Shown here piece after piece: positions 46,679 through 56,817 of a DNA stretch of 64,000 nt. The stretch lies in the IMG/VR virus record IMGVR_UViG_3300045988_120820, positions 64,001 through 128,000 of that record; one strand, given 5' to 3'. Below the pieces are notes generated by a model, which did not search any database, had not been told where the DNA came from, and saw only the letters and a list, made by a program, of their open reading frames with translations. This DNA comes from a virus. The position numbers and the translations under genes were made by a program. How positions within the stretch are numbered: position 1 is the stretch's first letter; the number at the start of each line of letters is the position of its first letter.

Positions 46679-47570
46679 AATGTATCACTCCATTACCTTG
46701 GAATCTAAAATCTAAATTTAAATCCCTACAATGTTTTATTAATTCAGCATATAACTCCATTTCACTAGGATTTCTACCTCTTTTAAATTTAAATTTTTGT
46801 TTTAATAAAGCTAAAAATCCCGCAACATGAGGTGATGCTTGACTTGTACCACTAGCAGTGGCAAATTTATTATTTAAATAACAACCCCTTATATTGTAAC
46901 CTGGAGCTACCAAATCTATTTCATCATTTGAATTAGAGAATTTTGTTATTTTATCATCTATACTTATTGCTCCTATTGCTATTGAATTATTTAAATATGC
47001 TGGGTAAGATATTTCATTAGTATTAAACTTACCATCTCCACTGTTACCACTACTAACACAACATAAGATATCATTATCTATTGCTAATTCAATTAATTTA
47101 TCTAATTCTTTATCATAAACATTTGTACCTAAACTCATATTAATTATATCTACTTTTTCTTCTATCATATATTTAATACCATTAGTTATACATTCCATAT
47201 CACCATTACCTTTTTTATTAAGTACTTTTCCAACTACTAATTTAGCATTAGGTGCTACACCATAAATGCCTAAATGTTCGCCGTCAGGTTTTGCACATAT
47301 TATAGAAGAAACATGAGTTCCATGCCCATTTAAATCCTCAAAATTATCAGAATTACCTTCGGAAGTGAAATTTTTCCCTTTTAAAATATTATCTTTTAAA
47401 CAATAATGAGAAGTACTTATTCCTGTGTCTAATACACCTATCACTATATCTTCTCCTTTATATCCTTCATTCCATAAATTTTCAGTTCCAATATGTTTAA
47501 TATTATCGGGAATTAAATCTGGAAGATTGTCGCTTATAGATTCTATTTTATAGTCTGCAATTTTAAACAT
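46671..47570 (-). CDS. subtilisin-family (S8) serine protease, intracellular-type (no signal peptide)
   Basis: Catalytic triad contexts VIGVLDTGI, HGTHVSS, GTSQASPHVAG, plus oxyanion SSGNSG. Its start overlaps the stop of endonuclease gene B (TAATG). Confidence 0.85.
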   Translation of the reverse strand: MFKIADYKIESISDNLPDLIPDNIKHIGTENLWNEGYKGEDIVIGVLDTGISTSHYCLKDNILKGKNFTSEGNSDNFEDLNGHGTHVSSIICAKPDGEHLGIYGVAPNAKLVVGKVLNKKGNGDMECITNGIKYMIEEKVDIINMSLGTNVYDKELDKLIELAIDNDILCCVSSGNSGDGKFNTNEISYPAYLNNSIAIGAISIDDKITKFSNSNDEIDLVAPGYNIRGCYLNNKFATASGTSQASPHVAGFLALLKQKFKFKRGRNPSEMELYAELIKHCRDLNLDFRFQGNGVIHYE

Positions 47571-48583
47571 TATATCACCTCCTTATTTATTTTATTTAAT
47601 TCTTTAATTAATATCTCTTCAATATTATCTATATCATAATACCAAATCTCTAATAATCTAATATTATTTTCTTTAGCATAATTTCTTTTTCTTTTATCGT
47701 GTTCAAGTTGTCTTTCAAAATCTTCCTTAGTTATCCAAGTTTTTTGCCATGATTCATGTTGCTCACCTTGACATTCTATAAGTAAGTTGTAATTTGGTAG
47801 ATAAAAATCATAAGATAAATTGCCGTTTCCTAATCCTAATAATCCTTCATATTTTATTTGTGTCTTATAGTCTATATTATATTTTTCTAATATATTCTTA
47901 GTTTTTATTTCTAATTGAGAAGAATTACATTCTCTACAAAACACACCTCTATCAACTTGATTTAAATTTGCTAAATTCCTTTCAAATTCACCACCACATT
48001 CTTGACATATAAATTTATACTTGTTACCACTTCTAGGGGTTACTTCAAATGGTGATTTTTTATTATTAGGAGACCAATATTTAGCCTTATCTGGATATAA
48101 ACTTCCAAAACTATCTTTTGGATGAATTTTTCCTACTTTTTTAGAACAATAAGGACATCTTTTTCCTTCTAAAAAATGAGCAGGAGTTGTAATATAATTG
48201 CCATGATAATATTTTTCATTACATATTAAAATAATCTTTTCGTGACTTCTACGAGTTATACAATAAGGATTTATACCTCTTTTTTCGTTTTCCTCAAAAT
48301 CCCAATAATCTTCTAATTTTTCATTTAATTCTTCTTCAATATAATATGCGAAACTATTATCGTAAGTATGACAACAACTAGAGCATTTACTTCCACGATT
48401 AAAATGATTAAATATAACGTCATATTCTCTTTTACAATAAGGACATTTAACTCTAATATATACATTATTATTTTTCTTATTTTTATCATCTATAGTCACT
48501 TCATTTTTATGATAACTTCCTATATAGACATAACCATCTCTACGATTTTCAACTTTTTCTTTGTGTTTTTCATTAAAATACAT
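47570..48583 (-). CDS. free-standing endonuclease-like protein B (paralogue of 14500-15729)
   Basis: 337 aa. Same N-terminus (MYFNEKHKEKVENRRDGYVYIGSYH), Zn-ribbon modules and C-terminus (LSYDFYLPNYNLLIECQGEQH..LLEIWYYDIDNIEEIL). Confidence 0.6.
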   Translation of the reverse strand: MYFNEKHKEKVENRRDGYVYIGSYHKNEVTIDDKNKKNNNVYIRVKCPYCKREYDVIFNHFNRGSKCSSCCHTYDNSFAYYIEEELNEKLEDYWDFEENEKRGINPYCITRRSHEKIILICNEKYYHGNYITTPAHFLEGKRCPYCSKKVGKIHPKDSFGSLYPDKAKYWSPNNKKSPFEVTPRSGNKYKFICQECGGEFERNLANLNQVDRGVFCRECNSSQLEIKTKNILEKYNIDYKTQIKYEGLLGLGNGNLSYDFYLPNYNLLIECQGEQHESWQKTWITKEDFERQLEHDKRKRNYAKENNIRLLEIWYYDIDNIEEILIKELNKINKEVI

Positions 48584-48611
48584 ATATATTCCTCCTCAAT
48601 ATTTTATTAAT

Positions 48612-48660
48612 TACTATATTATTGTATTAACATTTCTATATTATAAATCACCTATGATTT
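48612..48660 (-). promoter_or_regulatory. promoter/operator element, copy 5 (upstream of endonuclease gene B)
   Basis: Minus-sense AAATCATAGGTGATTT-N14-ATGTTAATAC matches the four elements at 58.15-60.02 kb. Confidence 0.5.
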
Positions 48661-48665
48661 ATTAA

Positions 48666-48842
48666 TTATTTTTTATTCCATTTATTTAATGCTAAGTCTA
48701 AATCTCTATTTCTCATAAATACCCAAAATGTTTTATGATTATTAGGATTTAAACCACAAACATAATATTTAAGTCCTTCATTTATTAAAAATTTCTTTTG
48801 TTTAGCGTCATAACATATATATAATGGATTTTTATAATTCAT
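48666..48842 (-). CDS. hypothetical small protein (58 aa), below the ORF-track cutoff
   Basis: Hand translation MNYKNPLYICYDAKQKKFLINEGLKYYVCGLNPNNHKTFWVFMRNRDLDLALNKWNKK. GGAGGAAG SD upstream. Confidence 0.5.
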   Translation of the reverse strand: MNYKNPLYICYDAKQKKFLINEGLKYYVCGLNPNNHKTFWVFMRNRDLDLALNKWNKK

Positions 48843-48859
48843 ATTTCTTCCTCCTTATT

Positions 48860-50338
48860 TTAATAATCTCCAGCATTATCCGCTTCTGGCGCTCTATTCG
48901 GGTCACCAGACTCCTCTGATGCACTCGGTCTACCACCTGTATTTTCAATATCTGCTCCCGACATTGTATGCGAATTAGCTAACGGACTCATAAGAGTTCC
49001 AAAATCTAATATACTTTCTATTTGAAGTATATTTAACGCTTCTAATGGTGAATATCCACATATTCCTAAATGTTCTAGCTTGCTTGTCCACGTTGTTAAT
49101 CTATTGCAACTAGATTGAATTTTTTCCTCTTTATTAAATTTGGTTGTATCACAGAAATATAATTGAAAATTTTTTAATGATGAATTTTTACTAAAAACAT
49201 AATTTAACCATATTTTGATTCTATCTAATAAATTCAATGGTACTAAACTATCTACAATTGTCCCATAGATTACAGATTGAGTGCTACTTCTATTATCTCC
49301 GTTAAATAAATTGCTATCTATACCTGCTGTATCATATACATTATTAGTTAAATTGTTTATTTCTTCATAATCAGAAACTTTATTGGTTTGTAATGAAACG
49401 GAATCTATTTTATAAGGAGAACTCACCACCCCTATTCCGTCTCTAACATTTCTAACTAATGCTCTATGATAAAACATTGCCGTTTCTGGCTCTATGCTTA
49501 ATTCACCATCATCATCTGTAGGTAGCAATTGATGAATTAATTTAAAGTTATTAGCTTCAATATTTTCCATACTAGCGTCAGCTAAATCTTTTATTCTACT
49601 TAAATCTAAAAGCAACCCAGAATAATATGGAATACCTTTACTTTCTATTACTTCTGGAAGAAAAGCTATTGCATTTTCAAGTGGTAATTTGTAATAGTTA
49701 TCTACGAAATTTTCATCATTCTTTAAATTACCTGCTTTATAATCGGCATATAAATTTTGAATATCTGTTGGGTAATATCCTAATTGTTTAGTATTAATAC
49801 CACTAAGTTTTATACTATAACCCAACATAAAAGATTCAGTATAAGTGACTTTACATAAATCTTCGGGTAAAGAAACAAATGTAATACTATCGCTTGTTTC
49901 CTGTTTATATAAATATATTTCTCCTTTTCTAAATTCACTTTCTAAAACCCAAGGACAAAAAGTTTTTAGATTATATTTTTCTAATTCTAAACACGCTTTT
50001 CTATAAGATTTAAAAAAGTTATCCTGTCCTTTAGTTATAAATTTACTAGCATCTAATGGAACTAAATAATGGTCGTAAGTTAACAAATTCGATTTATAAT
50101 TTATTATTTCTTTTAAATTACCATTAATTACTCTCATAAGTTCGGCTTGCTGTTGTAGTGTAGAAACATTAGAATAAGGATTTTCTAAAGCACTAGCTAT
50201 AGTGTCAGTATCCACCTTGCTTCTTTTCCTATTACTAGATATTTTGTCTATGTTACTTATATCAACCATCGAAGCTTGTTGTGCAAAACTTAAATTTTTC
50301 TTTTTATTATCTTTCTCTTCGCTCAAACATCTCACCAC
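48860..50338 (-). CDS. portal protein
   Basis: 492 aa immediately downstream of the large terminase, with an acidic C-terminal tail. The call rests on position and size. Confidence 0.65.
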   Translation of the reverse strand: MVRCLSEEKDNKKKNLSFAQQASMVDISNIDKISSNRKRSKVDTDTIASALENPYSNVSTLQQQAELMRVINGNLKEIINYKSNLLTYDHYLVPLDASKFITKGQDNFFKSYRKACLELEKYNLKTFCPWVLESEFRKGEIYLYKQETSDSITFVSLPEDLCKVTYTESFMLGYSIKLSGINTKQLGYYPTDIQNLYADYKAGNLKNDENFVDNYYKLPLENAIAFLPEVIESKGIPYYSGLLLDLSRIKDLADASMENIEANNFKLIHQLLPTDDDGELSIEPETAMFYHRALVRNVRDGIGVVSSPYKIDSVSLQTNKVSDYEEINNLTNNVYDTAGIDSNLFNGDNRSSTQSVIYGTIVDSLVPLNLLDRIKIWLNYVFSKNSSLKNFQLYFCDTTKFNKEEKIQSSCNRLTTWTSKLEHLGICGYSPLEALNILQIESILDFGTLMSPLANSHTMSGADIENTGGRPSASEESGDPNRAPEADNAGDY

Positions 50339-50341
50339 CTT

Positions 50342-51616
50342 TTAATTAGCTAAGAAAATATGTCTTTTTCTCTTGTTTCTATTTTTCTTTCTTATATCTT
50401 TTTCTATTAATTCAGCTAAATAATTACCATAAGTAATAGAAGAATATCTATCTTTACGATTTCTTCCTTTTTCTTTAAGAACTATATCACCATTTCCCAT
50501 AGTTTCATAATCTAAGTTTATTGATTCAAATATAAAATTAGATGTTTGAATAAATGGTGCTATTTTATTAGCATGGTATTCAGCGTCTTGATGATATTTT
50601 AAGTCTTTACTAAAGTCTCCTCTTTTTTCATTTTCTTCTATTAATAATCTTATTTTTTTACTACCAAAAGCATTTTTAAGATATACTGCACAATCATTAT
50701 TTATTTTTTGATTCCCTTTAATTACATATATACAATTTATACCATTTTTTAAAGGTTGAAAATCTTTTGATTGTGTACTCATATCATAAATGCCAAAAGG
50801 TTCGTAATGTTCATCAATATTTTCGTCATAAGATGATTTTTCCATCTCTTGTATTACTGCTATACCTAAACCACCACCATCTATAATGATTTTATCAGCT
50901 TTAAATTCTGTATATAATCTCTTAATTCTAGTGGCTTGTTTTTCAAATTTCATACCATTATGTGATTCCATATAAACAACTTCTCTAATAATATTATTTC
51001 CACTAGGAAGTAATCTCCATAAAGTAAAAATAGAGTTATCATTTTTATTTGATTTGTTAGCTTTTGCTGTGGCTACATCGACCGAAATTATTCTTATTTC
51101 GTCTTTCTTTTTAGGCATTTGTCTTAATTTCTTTTTCTTCTCTTCCGGATTTCTATAGTCGTCATCTGTTAATGGATAATAACAATTCTTTAAAACTCTA
51201 GCATTTAACATATCAGATGTATTAAAGAAGCAATCACCACTTTGTCCATGCCATATAGCACCATATTCCATATTAAATACAAATTCGCCCATGTCCTCTT
51301 TATCTTCTTCAATCTTATCTTTTAATACAAGTTTATGGTCTAAAGAAGCTAAATAAGGAATAGCACATGCAAATGATTTTCCACCCTCAAACATTCTATT
51401 TAGTATAGTCATAAACTTTTCATAACTCCAATGAACTTTCATCCATGCAGAACTTAGATATATCTCCATATTAGCTTCTAATGGATAATCTGCATATTCG
51501 GGTTTTTCTAAAAATGGAGGTTTTCTTGGATTTGTTAAGAATTGTTTTAAAACTGAATTTATTATATCTAATTTGATAAGCCTAAATTCGTCTGCAACCA
51601 ATACGTTACCTCTCAA
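50342..51616 (-). CDS. terL: terminase large subunit, exon 2 (Walker B + nuclease domain)
   Basis: Begins LRGNVLVADEFRLI (Walker B-like); ISVDVATAK and IIDGGGLG are nuclease-domain-like. It has no start codon of its own (TTG in frame after the intron's terminal G). Confidence 0.75.
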   Translation of the reverse strand: MRGNVLVADEFRLIKLDIINSVLKQFLTNPRKPPFLEKPEYADYPLEANMEIYLSSAWMKVHWSYEKFMTILNRMFEGGKSFACAIPYLASLDHKLVLKDKIEEDKEDMGEFVFNMEYGAIWHGQSGDCFFNTSDMLNARVLKNCYYPLTDDDYRNPEEKKKKLRQMPKKKDEIRIISVDVATAKANKSNKNDNSIFTLWRLLPSGNNIIREVVYMESHNGMKFEKQATRIKRLYTEFKADKIIIDGGGLGIAVIQEMEKSSYDENIDEHYEPFGIYDMSTQSKDFQPLKNGINCIYVIKGNQKINNDCAVYLKNAFGSKKIRLLIEENEKRGDFSKDLKYHQDAEYHANKIAPFIQTSNFIFESINLDYETMGNGDIVLKEKGRNRKDRYSSITYGNYLAELIEKDIRKKNRNKRKRHIFLAN

Positions 51617-51968
51617 CGATTTGTTATCCTATAGGCTTTTTATCCCATAGTTCTTACATTTTACCATCATGTAAGTCCAGCATACATTTTCACCTTCAGC
51701 ATTATCTGTTAAGGGGAGGAGGCTCGTGAGAAAATTATTGCTCTCATATTATCGCTCATTTCTTATGCGTTACAAACAGTATTAGATATTACTGCTCTCG
51801 GTATTGTCCCTTGTGAATTGGAGGATTCTCTTTTAATTTTATACAAATTCAAAATGAAGATTTCCTGTGCTTTTTCTTCTCTTAATATAAAATTATTATT
51901 CATTTTATGAACCGATACACCCCTCTAATTATCTAAAAAATTTCTCTTTTAGACGGCTATACTTTTTA
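51617..51968 (-). mobile_element. group-I-like intron in terL (family B, 352 nt, ORF-less)
   Basis: The exon ends GGU followed by UAA, and the insert ends GAUAACAAAUCG. Long blocks are shared with TMP-I2 (27000-27275). Confidence 0.75.
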
Positions 51969-52481
51969 ACCTCTCGCTCCATCATTAGAAGCTATAGCTG
52001 TTATTACAGAACCATTTTTAAAAATACATTTAACATTATCCTTATTATTTTGAACTTTTTTAATTTCTTTTGCTAACGCAGGGTAATCCCTGCGTAAATC
52101 TTCAATCTTTTCGGTTATAATTAATCCTGCTTGGTCTTTATTACCAGATGCAACTACTATCTTTGAACCCGGATATAATATTGCTCTACAACATACAAAT
52201 ATCGCGGTTATAAAACTTTTTCCCAAACCCCTCGATGCAATCCAGCACACACTTGTACATATATTCATCATGTAAAGCAATACTTGTTGAAACCAATACA
52301 AATTAATTCCTAACCAATCCATACAAAATCTATGTGGATTTTTTCTAAAATATTCAGTCCATATTTTTACACCATCTAATAAGTTTTCATATGAATCCTT
52401 TTTTAAGTTTTTTCTTTGTTTACATTTTAATTTATTTTCCATATCCACGCTCATCCTCCTCTGTATAAGGAGTTGAATCAT
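51969..52481 (-). CDS. terL: terminase large subunit, exon 1 (Walker A ATPase part)
   Basis: IASRGLGKSFITAIFV is a Walker A motif, and the exon ends ..ASNDGARG. The true start is probably at 52442-52454, overlapping terS; the coordinates give the track's longest ORF. Confidence 0.75.
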
Positions 52482-53277
52482 TGTTCATTAACTTCTTAAT
52501 AGGGTTTAAGAAGTAACGATTTAACCACCATTTGATTCTATCAACATCATCATATTCTGGATGAACATCTGGGATAGGTTCATTTTTTTCTATTTTAGCA
52601 ATTAATGTCCCATAACTTAAGTTATCGTCTTCACCATATTTACTCATCTTAGACGGTAAAACATTTAATTCTTCCATACGTTTGGAAATTTGATTAGTTA
52701 AGTTTTCAAATGCTTTTTGGTCATTCTTGACTATAGCTCTTTCTCTTAGAACCTCTAACATACATATTGTTTTAATTAAATTAACTTCTTGAATGGCTTT
52801 AGATGGGTAATTATCTGTGTATTGTTCATATTTTCTTTGGAGTAATTCATACTCATCATCTTGAAATCCCTTACCCCAAAAGTTAACAACCTCACTTGAA
52901 GTAACTGTTTCCCCAGTAATAATATTAGTTACACCATCATAAGTAAGTATATTATCTAAAGATGTTAATCCTTTAAATGCTTTGTCTCTATTGATTATTC
53001 TAGTATAATTACCTAAAAAATTATTACCATATTTTTCAACACATTTTAAATACGTTTCTTCATCATAATACATATCTAAAACCATACATAAATGTATGAA
53101 AGCTAACCTATGGTCGTTATTATAATTCTTTAACAACTTTTTAAAATACTTGTCAACTACTTCCTTACTCATAGGTAATTTCTTATCATGTTCATAAAGC
53201 ATTGATTGTGTAGAGTAGAAATCTCTAACGGTGGGTTTAAATTTACCTGTAGCTGAACATTGTTTTGTGTCTGCCAT
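52432..53277 (-). CDS. terminase small subunit (by position)
   Basis: 281 aa directly upstream of and overlapping terL. No diagnostic motif recognised. Confidence 0.45.
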   Translation of the reverse strand: MADTKQCSATGKFKPTVRDFYSTQSMLYEHDKKLPMSKEVVDKYFKKLLKNYNNDHRLAFIHLCMVLDMYYDEETYLKCVEKYGNNFLGNYTRIINRDKAFKGLTSLDNILTYDGVTNIITGETVTSSEVVNFWGKGFQDDEYELLQRKYEQYTDNYPSKAIQEVNLIKTICMLEVLRERAIVKNDQKAFENLTNQISKRMEELNVLPSKMSKYGEDDNLSYGTLIAKIEKNEPIPDVHPEYDDVDRIKWWLNRYFLNPIKKLMNNDSTPYTEEDERGYGK

Positions 53278-53428
53278 TTTATCACTCTCCTTTTAAAAAT
53301 GAAAAAAAATGGTTACGACTAATGGAAGGAGTTTTTAGCCGTAACCTAAAGGGGAGAAATTATTTTTTGAGCCTTATTTTAAAGACTCAAAAAATACTGA
53401 TATAATTATCAATATCATTTCAATCCTT

Positions 53429-53458
53429 AAAATAAAAATACCACTCTTATTTGAGTGG
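53429..53458 (-). terminator. intrinsic terminator after the metallophosphatase gene
   Basis: CCACTC (53441-53446) pairs with GAGTGG (53453-53458); TATTTTTATTTT follows on the minus strand. Confidence 0.6.
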
Positions 53459-53467
53459 CTTAATTAA

Positions 53468-54607
53468 TTATTCAACTTTCATTACGTAACTTGCAACTAC
53501 TCCATCTTCATCAAGTATTAATAATGTTTGAGAAGGTTTGTTATATAATTTTTTCTTCATAGCATAATCATCTGTTGAAATTAAACTACCATTTATATAT
53601 ATATTTGTATTATATTGTGAAAACATTTTAGGTTGATGATAATGTCCTAATAAAATTAAATCTATGTTTTCACCACCTATAACCATAGATAATTCTTCAC
53701 TTACTTTATTTAAATTAACTTGGTCGCCATGACATGAAACAACTGTATTTCCTTTTACATTCATTACAGATAGTTCACCATTATTTATCGAATCTAAAAA
53801 TACAACATTAGATAAATTTGATGTTCTCATTTTAATCATTTCATTTAATAACATAGAATAATTGTTACTATTACTTCTATCATCTTTCATCATTTCTACT
53901 GCTTCATGGTTACCATTGTTTTGAGTTACAGTTAAATAAAAATAATTTGATAATTTTTCTATTACCTGTGATATTATTTCACTAACACTTACTATTTGTT
54001 TTACCAAAGATTCTTGATTAGATAATTTAATACTATTATGTAATTCACCAGATATTAAATCTCCGTTCAATACTAAATGTAATTTATCTATGTTATTATC
54101 AATACAATGTTCTATTGTTTTATTAATTATTTTATCTAACCTTTTTATAGCTATATCTTTATTATATTTATTTATTGAATTTTCTACAGTCATAGAAATA
54201 TGTAAATCGCTTAATATCAAAATTCCGTCTTTCCCACTAGAATCTTCTTTTGGAACATAGCGATTCAACAATGGATTTCTTGAATTTAAATTATTAATTT
54301 CTTCACTTATTAAATTCATTACATTTTCCATCCTAGATAACCCTCTTAATTGTCTATTCACTTCTGTCCTTAAATCAGTTAACTTTATTTTTTCCTTTTT
54401 TATTTCAGCTAATGTTTTGCTATCTACATCATTTTCATCTATAGTTTCAGAATATAATTTAAATCCATATGCTAATTTTCTTAAATGGTCGTCTGAATAA
54501 TCTGTTTCATATTTTCTATTTATATCTTCCCATGACATATCATTTAATTTATTAAGTTTATTTAAACAATCCTGTATTAATCCCTTTTTATTCATAATTC
54601 CCTCCAA
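53468..54607 (-). CDS. calcineurin-like metallophosphoesterase with ~125-aa N-terminal helical domain
   Basis: Motifs LILSDLH, LNGDL, NNGNHE, SCHGD, LLGHYH, in canonical order. Confidence 0.7.
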   Translation of the reverse strand: MEGIMNKKGLIQDCLNKLNKLNDMSWEDINRKYETDYSDDHLRKLAYGFKLYSETIDENDVDSKTLAEIKKEKIKLTDLRTEVNRQLRGLSRMENVMNLISEEINNLNSRNPLLNRYVPKEDSSGKDGILILSDLHISMTVENSINKYNKDIAIKRLDKIINKTIEHCIDNNIDKLHLVLNGDLISGELHNSIKLSNQESLVKQIVSVSEIISQVIEKLSNYFYLTVTQNNGNHEAVEMMKDDRSNSNNYSMLLNEMIKMRTSNLSNVVFLDSINNGELSVMNVKGNTVVSCHGDQVNLNKVSEELSMVIGGENIDLILLGHYHQPKMFSQYNTNIYINGSLISTDDYAMKKKLYNKPSQTLLILDEDGVVASYVMKVE

Positions 54608-54611
54608 ATAA

Positions 54612-54645
54612 ACAAAAAAATAATTGGGAGGTTTTTATGCCTCCC
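54612..54645 (-). terminator. intrinsic terminator
   Basis: GGGAGG (54626-54631) pairs with CCTCCC (54640-54645); AATTATTTTTTTG follows on the minus strand. Confidence 0.6.
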
Positions 54646-54653
54646 TTATTTAA

Positions 54654-54845
54654 TTATCTTTCATTTACATTCTCTATCTTAATTTTAACTTTATCTTCTC
54701 CAATAAAATTATTAAATAAATCTTCCAAAGAAAAAGTTTCTAAACTATAACCATCTTTATCTAATTCTTCAACAACAATGCCGTTATCAGTTTCTTTAAC
54801 CTTTGATATTTTTATTTCTAATGTTTTTCCTTCTTTAAAAATCAT
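54654..54845 (-). CDS. hypothetical small protein
   Basis: 63-aa ORF with SD. Confidence 0.55.
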   Translation of the reverse strand: MIFKEGKTLEIKISKVKETDNGIVVEELDKDGYSLETFSLEDLFNNFIGEDKVKIKIENVNER

Positions 54846-54863
54846 ATAATCATTCTCCCTTTA

Positions 54864-55145
54864 TTAATTATTATGAATTAATTGTTCAAGTATATATTCT
54901 AATGACGATTTTATCTCTTCAAAATTATAAGAACGACATATGTCTGTTTTAAATATTCTACCACGTACACCTGTAGGATACATTCTATAAGCCAATACAC
55001 TCTTATCATTTACCATATATGTTATTATTCTATTACAATCATAACATACCATTTCATATGTTAATGTATCATTATTTAATTTAAATCCCAACTCTTTTAA
55101 TTTATTGTCTATATCTTCATTGAAAATATAATATTTATTAAACAT
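54864..55145 (-). CDS. hypothetical protein
   Basis: 93-aa ORF with GGGAGGAG SD. Confidence 0.55.
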   Translation of the reverse strand: MFNKYYIFNEDIDNKLKELGFKLNNDTLTYEMVCYDCNRIITYMVNDKSVLAYRMYPTGVRGRIFKTDICRSYNFEEIKSSLEYILEQLIHNN

Positions 55146-55167
55146 TAAATTCTCCTCCCTTTATTAA

Positions 55168-55473
55168 TTATTCACCTTGTATTCTTTTAGCAACAGACTT
55201 TTTAAGTCTAACCTTAACAACTTCTTTATCTTCAGTTTTAAAAGGTGTTTCTTTTCCTTCTTTAGTTTTCATCACACCTTCTCTACCTTTTTTAACTTTC
55301 TTATCTACTAAGAACATTCCTAGAGAAACAGATTCATCAACATCTATTTGTTCATATACAGAAGCTACAACATCTTCTAATGCTTTTAACACCTCTCTAG
55401 CTTCTGCCTGTGATACTTTTAGACCTCTTTCTTCTAAAGCTCCTTGTAGTTCTTTTATTACGTTTATTTCCAT
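55168..55473 (-). CDS. HU/IHF-like histone-like DNA-binding protein
   Basis: 101 aa. ELQGALEERGLKVSQAEAREVLKALEDVVAS..VSLGMF..KGREG..KTKEGKETPF is colinear with the HU fold (helix-turn-helix, then a beta-arm with R-x-G). Confidence 0.55.
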   Translation of the reverse strand: MEINVIKELQGALEERGLKVSQAEAREVLKALEDVVASVYEQIDVDESVSLGMFLVDKKVKKGREGVMKTKEGKETPFKTEDKEVVKVRLKKSVAKRIQGE

Positions 55474-55610
55474 AAAACATACCCCCTTATAAATTATAAA
55501 ATATTAATAAAAATAACAAATATTATAGGCTTTTTAGCCTTACATAATATATATTATAAATACTAGGAAAAAAAGGTAATATTTTGCAATACGTTTAAAA
55601 TATATTATTT

Positions 55611-56795
55611 TTATCGGCATTTTTTACACATAGGCATTAGTCCTTGTTTACCATTTTTATTAAATTTATTTGTTAATTTAATCTCACCACAAGCATTACA
55701 TTTCTTATACTCTCCTTTTCTTATATTTAAATAGTATATATCTTCTATTTTTTCTTCATATACCATTGTAATTTTTTTAATTATAGTATTCAACATACTT
55801 TCGACACTTTTTCTATCTTTACCCAATTCCTTAGCTATATTTTTAATTGTCATACCATTTTTCCACATATGTAATAATTCTTCCTGTTTATCGGTTAATT
55901 CTACTTCTTTTAATACAGTTTCTAAATCTTGAAACATACATCCTAAATCGCTTTGAAAGTCATATACTTCAGACTCTTTATATAATTGTAATAAAGCTTT
56001 AATGTGAGTAGGGTCTAATTCATCAAATTCATTCCAATCAGCTTGACCATTATCTTTAAGTGGTGCTTTAAAATTTATAGGTCTTATTAATTCTATTTTA
56101 GTTTGAACCATATCGTTTTTTAATTTACCAATATGGTTCATTAAAAATGTTTTAGCTTGTTTATTTGTTTTTATTTTTTTATAACCTTTATTCTGCATAT
56201 ATTCAACAAATTCATTCAGCCTATCTTCTTTAATATAAGCCGACAATCTATCTATTTCTTTTTTATATTCTCTAAGTTCTAGACATCTCTTTAAATCATC
56301 ACTTGTTACGACTTCGTCTTTAGATTTTTTATAATTATCTTTTCTCCTCAATATAATTATTTCATCATTAATTGTATTTTCACCGTATCTATTAATACAT
56401 TTTTTTTCTTTAATTAATGCATTTTTAAAATCTTCTTCATTATTATAAATTTTAATATTTTCTTTTTTATTTTTATTAGGGTCAGCCCAAAAAATATAGT
56501 TGGCTAACATTTCTAATGTTTTAGCAATATTACTGTCAGTATAAAGTTCGGTCTCGTTATTAGGTGTTAAATCAATATAACTTGTCTTATTGGGTCTTTG
56601 TTCAAATACTTCATTCCAAAATTCATCATTGCTAAATTCGACTCCGTTTTCATCTTTTGCTACATTCAATAAATCATATATATATTGTATTCTACCCTCT
56701 AAGTCATCTATAGTAGTATCTAATTTTGTATAATCATAAATATTTTTACCGTCTATTTTGCTGAAAAATCTGTTAAAATATATTCTATTTCCCAT
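55611..56795 (-). CDS. putative late-gene transcription factor: sigma-70 region-4-type HTH + C-terminal Zn ribbon
   Basis: LTDKQEELLHMWKNGMTIKNIAKELGKDRKSVESMLNTIIKKI is r4/LuxR-like. The C-terminus is CNACGE..CKKC. Confidence 0.5.
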   Translation of the reverse strand: MGNRIYFNRFFSKIDGKNIYDYTKLDTTIDDLEGRIQYIYDLLNVAKDENGVEFSNDEFWNEVFEQRPNKTSYIDLTPNNETELYTDSNIAKTLEMLANYIFWADPNKNKKENIKIYNNEEDFKNALIKEKKCINRYGENTINDEIIILRRKDNYKKSKDEVVTSDDLKRCLELREYKKEIDRLSAYIKEDRLNEFVEYMQNKGYKKIKTNKQAKTFLMNHIGKLKNDMVQTKIELIRPINFKAPLKDNGQADWNEFDELDPTHIKALLQLYKESEVYDFQSDLGCMFQDLETVLKEVELTDKQEELLHMWKNGMTIKNIAKELGKDRKSVESMLNTIIKKITMVYEEKIEDIYYLNIRKGEYKKCNACGEIKLTNKFNKNGKQGLMPMCKKCR

Positions 56796-56817
56796 TTTAT
56801 ATCATCTCCCTTATTTA

